From an uncultured Hormoscilla sp. (GTDB lineage: Bacteria; Cyanobacteriota; Cyanobacteriia; Cyanobacteriales; Desertifilaceae): a DNA stretch of 64,000 bases. Of the stretch, positions 51,003-60,532 are shown one piece after another. Within the stretch, counting starts at the first letter, position 1; every line of letters begins with the position of its first letter. The notes under the pieces are model-generated. The model saw only the letters and a list, made by a program, of their open reading frames with translations, did not search any database and had not been told where the DNA came from. The DNA lies in NCBI GenBank assembly GCA_963921275.4, contig OZ001293.3, positions 1,376,001 through 1,440,000 on the forward strand, given 5' to 3'. A program made the translations under genes and the position numbers.

Positions 51003-52165
51003 TGTTTACTGAGCGTGTCTGTCAAAAATTTTCGTTGCTTCCAGGATTTCTCGATCGACTCCCTGGAGCGGGTAAACTTGATTGCTGGCAAAAAAAATGC
51101 GGGCAAGACGACGCTGCTAGAAGCCATATTTTTGCTGACAGCTGGAACAAATCCAGGTATCGTGGTGACACTGGCAGCTGGGCGTAGTGTCGAAAGGTTT
51201 AACTCATCAGCAGCGACGGAGTGGGTGCATCTCACTTTCCCACGGGCGAAGCCTTTGGATAGTAAAGTTGTCTATCTATGACTTAGATTGTCGTCCAAAG
51301 GCTTCGCCCCTACAGATATATTCGCAAATATGAGATGCACCCGACGGAGTTGCTATTCGCGCCTTTGTTCTCAAACTTTGATAATCAGAATCCTATTAAG
51401 ATCGGCAGCTTACAGATAAATGGCGATCGCCATTTAGTAGAATTATAGAGCGTTACCAGGAAATCGACCTGGTTGGTAGTTGAGGAGGGGATGAATTACA
51501 AGGTCGGAAATAACAATCATATCGAGGATTGCAACTTAAGTATACAAGTACATCTGGGAAAATTTTGTTAAGCAATATCTGGCAGGACGCGGAAGGGATA
51601 AAGGTCGAACAGCTGTCAAAAAAACCACCGTCAATTCCAGCATCATTTATAGCTGCTCGTGGGGCTCCAGCATCGGCAGCAGCACAATTAAGTTGCTTAG
51701 AAGTGGAAAAAGAGGAATATCATATTGTGGAAAGCTTAAGGATTGTCGAACCAAGACTCCAGCGGTTAACTACTGGATTGGTTGCAGGTATACCTGTAAT
51801 CTATGGCGATCTAGGTTTAGAACGGTTGCTGCCCTTGTCGATAATGGGAGAGGGATTGCAGCGCCTGACTTATACTGGCGATCGCGAGGCAGGAAAATGT
51901 TATAGTGTTAGTAGACGAAATCGACAATGGTTTCCAGGGCTCGATAATGGAAAAAATTTGGTATGCTATAGGTAAGGCTGCGCGTAAATTTGATACCCAA
52001 GTGATAGCAAAAACCCACAGCTACGAATGCATTCAAGCTGCTCATCAAGCTTTTACGGAAAGCGAAAATATGATTTTAGGTATCATCGATTTGGATCGTC
52101 TAGACGATTTTTATCGCGCTGTCACCTACGATAGGGAAGATTTGGAAGTTGCCATGAATACTGAA
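51003..52165 (+). pseudogene. AAA_15/AAA_21-type ABC ATPase, fragmented
   Basis: KNFRCF, Walker A GKKNAGKTT, signature MGEG, Walker B LVDEIDNG, THSYE; contains a MITE, stops and frameshifts. Confidence 0.8.
51223..51342. mobile_element. 120-bp MITE in the AAA gene
   Basis: 12-bp TIR GGGTGCATCTCA / TGAGATGCACCC; 8-bp TSD GACGGAGT; internal hairpin gggcgaagcctttgga / tccaaaggcttcgccc. Confidence 0.88.
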
Positions 52166-52598
52166 TTTGCGGCCCTTTTAAGACACATGCAAATAGAGGA
52201 TATTCAAGTTAAAATTACTGAGGGAGTAGATAAGTTAAAAGCATTTGTGAAGCCCTTATGTAAATCTAGGAATTTTCTAAGAGGAAAATCCCTAGTAATA
52301 GTCCGGGATGCCGACGATAATACGGCTAATAGATTTACCAGCGTTTGTAATAGAGAAATGTAAATGTAGCGGTTATCTGGGCAAATTTGCCAGTTCCCAA
52401 GGAACAGATAAGGCCGACAGGCGATCGACCGCAAGTAAGCGTTCAATTCTGCCAGATACCACAAGTCCAGGAACGTTAGAAACGCTGTGCTTGCGAACGG
52501 TTAGCGAAGACTCCGTGATGAGTTGTATCGAGGAATATTTCGACTGCGTGCAGCAACGGGTGGCCAAACCGCCCAAAAGTAAGGATATGGATAAAGCT

Positions 52599-54297
52599 GT
52601 GCGATGAGTTCTAGCCTAACGTGTAAACACGGAACGCTAGCCTAGGAAACTAGGAACTCTGGTATTCATGGGGGTTAAATTCCCGTGCGATGAGTTCCAG
52701 CCTAACGTAGTCATATACGGAACGCTGGCCTAGGAAACTAGGAACTCTGGTAATCATGGGGGTTTAATTCCCCCTCCCCAGGTACAGGGGTAACCGCGTG
52801 AGGTGCTGCGAAGTAACATCATCGTGGTGCCAAGCGAGGACTCAAATGTAGGATAACTGGCAGCCCAAGCCGGTGACTCTGCTAGGAAAGATGTCCATGG
52901 CTAGAACAAGCGAACCTATGTAAACCTCGTTAAACCCAACCAGCGAAATAAGGCTTAATGCGCTGGAACAAAAGTTAATGCAGTTAGTGTTAATTAGGGA
53001 ATTGGCTAACATTGTACCCAAATAACTGCCGGGGAAAAGTAGGGGCCTAAAGGCATCGTGAAATGATACCAGGGAACGAAGTAACCTCAGCGAGGCTGTC
53101 CATTGGACAAGTTAGATGTAAAGCGCAAGCCCGCCGGGGAGGGATGTCCTAAGAAGCCAATGCCCAGGGTAATGCCTGTGGATATGCAGACGTAGGACGG
53201 ATATGGTAAGAAGCCTTGGGGAAAAGTAGCCGATCATGTCATAAACTCAAGGAGCAATCCTGAAGGATGAATGATGGACTAAAATCCTAGCCGGGTAAAA
53301 TTCAGTACCCCGAGTAAAAGTTAATGGGGAACATGTTAGCAAAGAGCGGCTAGTGTGGTTGGCTGGTTATCTCCCGCGAACCTTCCGGCGCTCGGTACTA
53401 TAACGGTCTGTTGACTGACCATAAGGGGCAAAATTTCATGGGGCAAGGGACAACGGGGGTAACCCCTAGTAATTCTGCTAATGACAAGAGCTTACCAACC
53501 AGTAGCCGTGTGCGATGAAAGTCGCTCTTCAGGTTCCGAAAGGGAGGGTTGGGAAGTGATTCCCAGCTCGACCCCGACCTCTCCCCAGGTACGGGGGGTC
53601 GAGGGTACTACCGGTCCTCACTGCTGCGGAATAACATCACCGTGGTGGCGAGCGAGGACTTAAATGTAGGATAGCTGGTAGCCTAAACTGGTGACTCCGC
53701 GCTTGTTAGACGCTCATGGTTAGAACAGGCAAATCTATGCAAGCCTCGTAAACATAAACCGGCGAAATAAGGCTATATGCGCCGGACCAAAATGGTGACG
53801 TAGTTAGTACTAACGGTAGCGATTCGTCTTTTTCGTACTCAGATAACTACCGGGGTATAGTAGGAACCTAAAAGCGTCGCCCTCCGGATACTAGGGAACG
53901 AAGTAACCTCTCGTGAGCTGTCCAATAGGACCAGTCAGATGTGAAGCGCAAGCCACGGGTGGGAAAGATGGCCTCAGAAGCTAATGCCCAGGGTAATGTC
54001 TGTGGATAGGCTGACGTCGGTCGGTGATAGTAGGAAGTCTCGGGCAAAAGTAGCTCTAAGTATGTTATAAGCCCGTCGCTGATGTGATAGCGAAAACTAG
54101 TCGGTGATTGAGGAATAAATTACTGGTAAAACACCAACCAGTAAAGGAGTCAAATCGCGTGAGACAAGGGACAACGGGAGTAATCCAAAAGTTACCGGCC
54201 ATTGACAACGGGCCTACTACCCAGTAGCCGGATGCGGTAAAGAGAGTCCGGTTCCGAACGGGAGGGTACCGAAGCGATTCCTAGGGAGACCCCTAAT
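52599..54297 (+). ncRNA. Outer ORF-less group II intron of a twintron
   Basis: GTGCG 52599 to GACCCCTAAT 54297; removal restores GCT|AAA in frame; domain V partly deleted. Confidence 0.9.
52685..53579 (+). ncRNA. Inner ORF-less group II intron nested in domain I of the outer intron
   Basis: Second GTGCG after ...AAATTCCC; own domains V/VI ending GACCCCGACC; removal restores attccc|tctccccagg as in sister introns. Confidence 0.9.
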
Positions 54298-54448
54298 AAA
54301 GTGAAGGTGTTTTTGGCTTCAAGAGAGGATCCGACATTACTGCTGGGACAAGCGGCTCAGCGTAAATACTGGAATTGGGATCGCCCAGCCCTCTCTCCAG
54401 TAAAATAATTTATACAAGCACTATAGATGAAAATCGAGTTAAAGTATC

Positions 54449-54541
54449 GTGGATGGCATTCATATGACAGGTATTAGCTGTTATGGTTACACAGGTCTAT
54501 TGCCGGAAGAACGGATGCTGGGATAATGGTTTGAGGTAGAC
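54449..54541 (+). pseudogene. Diverged duplicate of the folB 5' end
   Basis: VDGIHMTGISCYGYTGLLPEERMLG*WFEVD versus MDCIHVTGIRCYGYTGLFPEEQVLGQWFEVD. Confidence 0.8.
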
Positions 54542-54579
54542 TCTACCACATTAGAGATTAAGTCTGGAGTCAAAAGCTG

Positions 54580-54969
54580 ATGGATTGTATTCACGTGACA
54601 GGCATTCGCTGCTATGGTTACACCGGTCTATTCCCAGAAGAGCAGGTCCTGGGACAATGGTTTGAAGTAGACTTGACCTTATGGTTGGATTTGTCTCCAG
54701 CTGGTGAAAGTGACGCGATCGCAGATACGATAGATTACGGCAAAGCAGTGGAGACGGTAAAGCAGTTGGTGAAGACATCCAAATTTGCTTTGATAGAACG
54801 GTTGGCAAAGGCGATCGCAGATGCTATCATAGAAATGGAGGCACATCCGGACCAGCAGATCCGTCTAGAGCAAGTAAAAGTCCGCTTAACTAAAGTATCG
54901 CCCCCGATACCGGACTTTGGCGGTCACGTCAGTATTGAACTGACAAGGGTAAATCCGAAATTGTCCTAA
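54580..54969 (+). CDS. folB: Dihydroneopterin aldolase
   Basis: YGYTG..EE..LGQWFEVD, DTIDY, LIERLA, K..PPI. Confidence 0.93.
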   Translation: MDCIHVTGIRCYGYTGLFPEEQVLGQWFEVDLTLWLDLSPAGESDAIADTIDYGKAVETVKQLVKTSKFALIERLAKAIADAIIEMEAHPDQQIRLEQVKVRLTKVSPPIPDFGGHVSIELTRVNPKLS

Positions 54970-55202
54970 AGTACCCAAGGCTTTGCTACAAGGGGGATTG
55001 AACCTCCTCCGGTCTGCACGATGGTGAGAAAAGCCGCAAGTGGTAGTACGGTTGCACCCACTTGACTGGAAAGGTTTAGTTGTTAGATTAAGTGTACATG
55101 GTTAACCACCTAAAAGGTGCAACTGCAACTACAATAGACCAAGGGCGGCTTCAACCAGAACGGTAGGAGACCGCTGCCGCAAAAATGTATGGAGTTACTA
55201 AG

Positions 55203-55559
55203 ATGAACAACCAAGGAGATCGCAACCCAGAATTCTTTGAAAGCGAGGCTGAGTCCAACAATAACAACAATAACATACTATGGCAGTATGTCCAGTCTCT
55301 CAGTCCAGAAACGGTGGCGCAGCTGTCAAAACCGACATCTCAAGAAGTTTTTCAGGTGATGGAGCACAATATTGTTGGCTTGCTAGGTCACTTGCCTTCA
55401 GAACACTTCGGTGTAACGGTGACTACAAATCGTGAAAACCTAGGTAGATTATTAGCTTCGGCGATGATGAGTGGGTACTTTATACGTAATGCAGAGCAGC
55501 GCCTGACTTTTGAAAAGTCTTTGCAAATGGCCCCGACTAATACTCCTGAAAATGAATAG
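55203..55559 (+). CDS. DUF760-family protein
   Basis: LWQYVQSL, ENLGRLLASAMMSGYFIRNAEQR. Confidence 0.85.
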   Translation: MNNQGDRNPEFFESEAESNNNNNNILWQYVQSLSPETVAQLSKPTSQEVFQVMEHNIVGLLGHLPSEHFGVTVTTNRENLGRLLASAMMSGYFIRNAEQRLTFEKSLQMAPTNTPENE

Positions 55560-55898
55560 GTAGCCAGTTGTCAAACTCGCCGAGGTAGAGTCTCGGCAGA
55601 CTAAACTAAAGTCTGCCGACTTTATCATTTGTAAGTTGTTAGTGTTCAGTTGTAAGTTGTGATATCAAGTCTGGATGATTAACCATAATAAAAAAGATAT
55701 CTTGGCCTTGGTTGAGTAGAGCTAAGTGCGAAACCCAAGTTTGAAGTGCGCATAGCGCTACAGGGATTACGAAGGTTGGGTTTCGTGCCTCTAACCAACC
55801 TACGGGTGATGAAATTTTATGGATGGGTATTAATCGGACAATGATATTAGTGGTCAGTTGTAAGTTGTCAATTTTGAATTGTAAATTGTGAATTGTGA

Positions 55899-56348
55899 AT
55901 GGGTGACACTTCTTCTTCTCTGCCTCATAAGTCGATCGGGGTTGCTGCGATCTGGAACGCTGATGAACAAATTCTGATCGATCGGCGACGTCAGTCAGGG
56001 TCGCTGGGAGGTCTTTGGGAGTTCCCAGGTGGTAAACTGGATGCGGGTGAAACATTCCCAGAATGCATTAAACGAGAAATATTAGAAGAGTTGGCAATCG
56101 AAATTGAAGTGGGCGATCGCCTAATTACCATCGACCACAGTTACAGGGACTTCCACGTCACCCTAAATGTATATCACTGTCGTCACATTAGCGGGGTTCC
56201 TCAGACAATCGAATGCGATGAGGTTCGCTGGATAACCTTAGATGAAATTGACCAGTTTACTTTTCCGGAGGCCAATTTGCAGATTATTGATGCCCTACGG
56301 GAATATGTTAGGAAGAGAGAGAATGGAGAATTGAGAATGGAGAATTGA
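55899..56348 (+). CDS. mutT: Nudix hydrolase, 8-oxo-dGTP diphosphatase
   Basis: WEFPGGKLDAGETFPECIKREILEELAI Nudix box; FPEAN. Confidence 0.88.
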   Translation: MGDTSSSLPHKSIGVAAIWNADEQILIDRRRQSGSLGGLWEFPGGKLDAGETFPECIKREILEELAIEIEVGDRLITIDHSYRDFHVTLNVYHCRHISGVPQTIECDEVRWITLDEIDQFTFPEANLQIIDALREYVRKRENGELRMEN

Positions 56349-56359
56349 GAATTGAGCAA

Positions 56360-57674
56360 TTAAAAATTATGATATAATACTTCGTAAGTTTCGACAGATT
56401 TTTTCTTGCCTTTAACTGTGACGGTGCCAAGCTTGTTAAATTTAAATATATCTTTGGTGACATGGTAAACGGACTGGGAACAGAGAAGCAGTATAGTCCA
56501 AGTGCTGGGACGAACCAATATTATCAACAACTATTTCGCCAGCACTAATGCCAATCCCTGTGGCAAAATTATCCCTAATCCAAGGGACTGCGATTGTGGC
56601 AATTCGTCGCTGCATGTCAATGGCCGCCGCGATCGCCCTTTTTTCTTGTTCTACAAGTGGGTAGGGAGCGCCAAACATAGCTACAATCATATCGCCGACG
56701 AATTTATTCACCGTGCCTTGGTGACTGAAAATCACTGATACCATCTGGGTAAAATATTCATTCAAGTACATCACTATCTTTTCAGGGGCTAATTCTTCTG
56801 GTAGGGTTGAGAGAAATTGCTCCTTTTTCGGAGATCGCTGCTTGCACGACTTGGGGAGACAGATATCTTTCTAGATTACTCTTAATCCGTTCTTCCCGTA
56901 ATTTATTTTCATGCAACAGCGCGTTCTCTATCGCTGCTGCTGCTTGTGATCTCAGTGCCGTGAATAGTTTCAAATCCTGATACTCAACGGGGTTGGTACT
57001 GCTAATATTAATTACACCAATCATTCCTGACTGGATTGTTAAAGGCGCACAGATCGGTGAATGAATCATATTTTCTCCCTGCTGGATATATCGGGGGTCC
57101 GACTGCACATCATTCACTATTTCTGCTTTGCCCTCCTGCAATACGTGACCGGCTATCCTTTCACCTGATCGCATCAATATTTTCTGCCTGTATTCTTTCC
57201 CCCAGGCCGCAATTATCTCAAGTGTTTTTATTTCCTCATTCAGCAAGATTACTGAAGCACTTGTTGCCTTGATCGGTTTTATGACTTCATCAAGCACTAT
57301 TTTGTTACTTCCTTAACTCCCAGACAGCTAGCTATTTTGCCCGAAATGTCGTACAAACAATTTATTTCTTCATACTTTTCTAACGCATCTGTTGCCAGAA
57401 TCTTTTTTTCATACTCTTTGCTAGCAATGTAACCGAGCATCTCAGCTACAGAAGCTGCTTGAGTACCTCCCACTACCCAGCCAATTACTTCCGAAGCTGC
57501 CTTTACAGCATATCTATTTGAGTGGAAATGACTGCGATCTCCTATAAGGATAGCGCCCTCGGCATCCTGAATAGCAATATTTCCATCTAAAGCAGCGATC
57601 GTGCCCTTAACAACTGAAGCCAGACCCTGCTTGGTCATCAGCTTCTTGAAATTGATGGAAACCATGATGCCCAC
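56360..57674 (-). pseudogene. GAF + class III adenylate cyclase, fragmented
   Basis: ORFs 57297-57674, 56782-57297 and 56442-56774 are successive pieces: GAF, LERYLSPQV, NKFVGD, DYTA, VKGK; the GD.VN.ASR segment is missing. Confidence 0.8.
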
Positions 57675-57815
57675 CTCTACTAACTACATGGTATCATAGC
57701 ATTTATACTACATATCCGCCGCTCCCGCAGAGATTAACATATTTGCTATTATCAGCTCTTCTCATATCCGGGATTATTCGTCTAGTCACAACTGACCGCT
57801 AACAACCGCTGACAA

Positions 57816-58610
57816 CTAACCACTAACAGCGATCTCAACCGTTCGCTCTGCCACTTTCATCTCCAGAGTATGAGAATAGTCTTTGAGTTGTTCGTACAGC
57901 AGCGCATTTTTGATCGCCGCCGCTGCTGGTGTTGTTAGCGCCGCGAACATTTTCAAATCCTCTGCTGTATAATTTACAGGGTAGGTGTTGCTGATTTTAA
58001 TTACGCCAATGGTTTCGTTCCCGATTGTCGTACAAATCAGCGAACTGATCTCGTTTTCTCCCTCCTGGATATATCTGGAATCTGACAGGTGGCCAGCTAT
58101 TCCCTCACCCGGTCGAATTACTATTTTCTGGTTGGACTCTGCACCCCGTGCCGCGATCGCCTCCATGGCTCCTGTTTTCTCATTCAGCAACATTACAAAA
58201 ACTTGGGTGGCATTAATCAGTTTCTTCGTTTCCGAAATTACCAATTCCGTCACTGACTGAATTCCCTTACAACTAGCTATTAACCTTGCAAATTCGTACA
58301 AAAAGTTAATCTCTTCGTACTTACTTAAGGTCTCCTGAGCCAAAGTCTTTTTCTCTAGCTCGGTTTTGGCTATATAACTGAGCATCTCGGCCAGAAAAAC
58401 TGCCCGAGCAGATCCTGTTACCCAGCCAATTACTTCCGATGCTGCGGAGATCGGATACTTTGGTGAGACCAACTGACTGTCCGTACCTAACAGAATCATA
58501 CCCTTGGCATCCCGAATAGTGATATTCTCATCTAAAGCAGAGATCGCACCGGAGACCACTGACGTTACATCCTTCTTGGAAATCAGCTTCTTGAGATTTA
58601 TTTTAACCAT
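57816..58610 (-). pseudogene. GAF-domain signalling protein, paralogous N-terminus, truncated before the output domain
   Basis: Similar to the 57297-57674 N-terminus; ends at YSHTLEMKVAERT and runs into heptamer repeats. Confidence 0.65.
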
Positions 58611-58631
58611 ATACTTGTTTATCTATTAATC

Positions 58632-60449
58632 ATTAGGGGTCGAGCTGGAAATCGCTTTCCAACCCTCCCGTTCGGAACCGTGCATGCGACTTTCACCGCA
58701 CACGGCTACTGGGTATCAGGCCCAAATCATGGGTAGATAACTTTTGGATTACTCCCGTTGTCCCTTACTACTTGTATGTTTGCCCCTTTCCTGGTTAGTT
58801 ACCAGTGATTCATTCCTCGATCCGATGGCTCGCTTGCGCTATTGTTGCGAACGGGCTTATGACGTTTTAAGGCTACTTATACCAGTAGTTTCCTGATATC
58901 ACCGACCGACGTCAGCATATCCACAGGCATTACCCTGGGCATTAGCTTCTTAGGCCATCTCTCCCACTCGTGGCATACGCTTCACATCTGACTGGTCCTA
59001 TTGGACAGCTCACGAGGGGTTACTTCGTTCCCTGATATCATTTCACGAGGCTTTTAGGTCTCTCCTGTATACCGGCAGTCCTGAGCGGGTACGATATTAA
59101 TGAGTAAATAACATTAACTCAAGTTGCGACCTATAAAAATTGGATACAAAAAGCTATGATAAAGAGAATTATTTTCAACTCTAATCCCTTAGATGTAACA
59201 GCATGAATTGACTTGGGAAACAAATTGGTGATTCGACTAAAACAGGTTTCAACTTGTTTTCTTGTTACTTTTTGTATATATTCAAAACAAGAATATTCTT
59301 TTCTTTTTGAGTTCTTTTTTCGCAAAGGTTTTAACATTATACTTGACGACTCTTTTAGTAAATCCTCTAATTGATAATCATTATAAGCTTTATCTCCATA
59401 AACTATTGAATTTGATGGTAAGTCAAAGCCAAAAGATTGCAAAACTTTAACATCATTATAACTACCAGGATCTAGATAAAATTCTATTGGCTTTCCATTT
59501 TTGTTTACCAACATATGAACTCTTAATCCATAAAAATAACGTTTTTTACTGGCAATATACCCTCGATATTCTTCCTTGTTATAAATTTGGCATCTATCAA
59601 TCCTAATATTATCACATACTGGCACCGGGAAACTATCAAGAATATATTCTTGACCCGGATTGAGCTCTTTAAATGTTTGAGCTATAACTTGGAAGAAAAA
59701 CATCTAAATTGGTTCGTCAATATTGTGTAATCGACGATTGAACCTACTTTTACTTAACAGATTTTTTATATACTTGTGTTGGACCATAAATTGACAAGAG
59801 CGATCGTGGTGTCCTCCGAAAAAATATGCAGCAACTAATCCGACTGTCATCACTTCGGCATTGTTCATTTTTACTTGTGGATCTTCTTTTATATTTAACG
59901 CTTTTAGTAGCTCGTCACAAAGAACAAAAATTGTTGTAATCATATCTTCCATCATCTACATCCCCCAGCAATTAACTATTATTTTAGTACATTATAACCT
60001 ATAAACAGCCAACCCGCCGTCTAGCACAAAAAAAATATAATTTTGTATCAAAAGCTACGAAATATCCCAAATATCTGTAAAGTCTAAGTGGGTAATTCAT
60101 ATTTTTTTTAATAGGTCGCAACTTAGGTTAACATTAATACGCGAACTGCTTTCCCTTTTGGGCCAGCGTAATCAGCATTTTCGCTGGATGGTGTTGACGA
60201 TACTTACAGAGATTTGCTTGTTCTAACCATGAGCCTCTTTCCTAGCGGAGTCGCTGGCCTAGGCTGCCAGCTATCCTACATTTAAGTCCTCGCTCAGCAC
60301 CACGGCGATGTGCTCCGCAGCACCTCCGACCGGTGTCACCCCCGCACCTGGGGGAAGGGAATTTAACCCCTATGATGATCAGAGTTATCTGGCAAATGAA
60401 ACCAGACCAGACTTTCGCCATTGCTGGCTTACGCCCGAACGAATCGCAC
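58632..60449 (-). ncRNA. ORF-less group II intron disrupted by IS982
   Basis: Minus strand GTGCGATTCG at 60449; intact domain V AGCCGTGTGCGGTGAAAGTCGCATGCACGGTT; end GACCCCTAAT at 58632. Confidence 0.9.
59117..60128 (-). mobile_element. IS982-family insertion sequence, copy 2 (TGG>TAG at 59704-06)
   Basis: Near-identical to 25998-27008; 8-bp TSD TAACATTA. Confidence 0.92.
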
Positions 60450-60532
60450 AAATACTCTACACCCCCTTGGGCGCAATTACACCAGCTGCAACGTCAGCTG
60501 TAAGTTGTTATTTGCTTTGTCCGTATAGCCTG

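Larger units (their letters stand above)
52165..54426 (+). pseudogene. DUF3226-like partner of the ATPase, interrupted by the twintron
   Basis: IVRDADDN, LPDTTSPGTLETLCL, MDKA|KVKVFLASREDP...YWNWDRPAL after intron removal; extra frameshift and stop. Confidence 0.75.
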
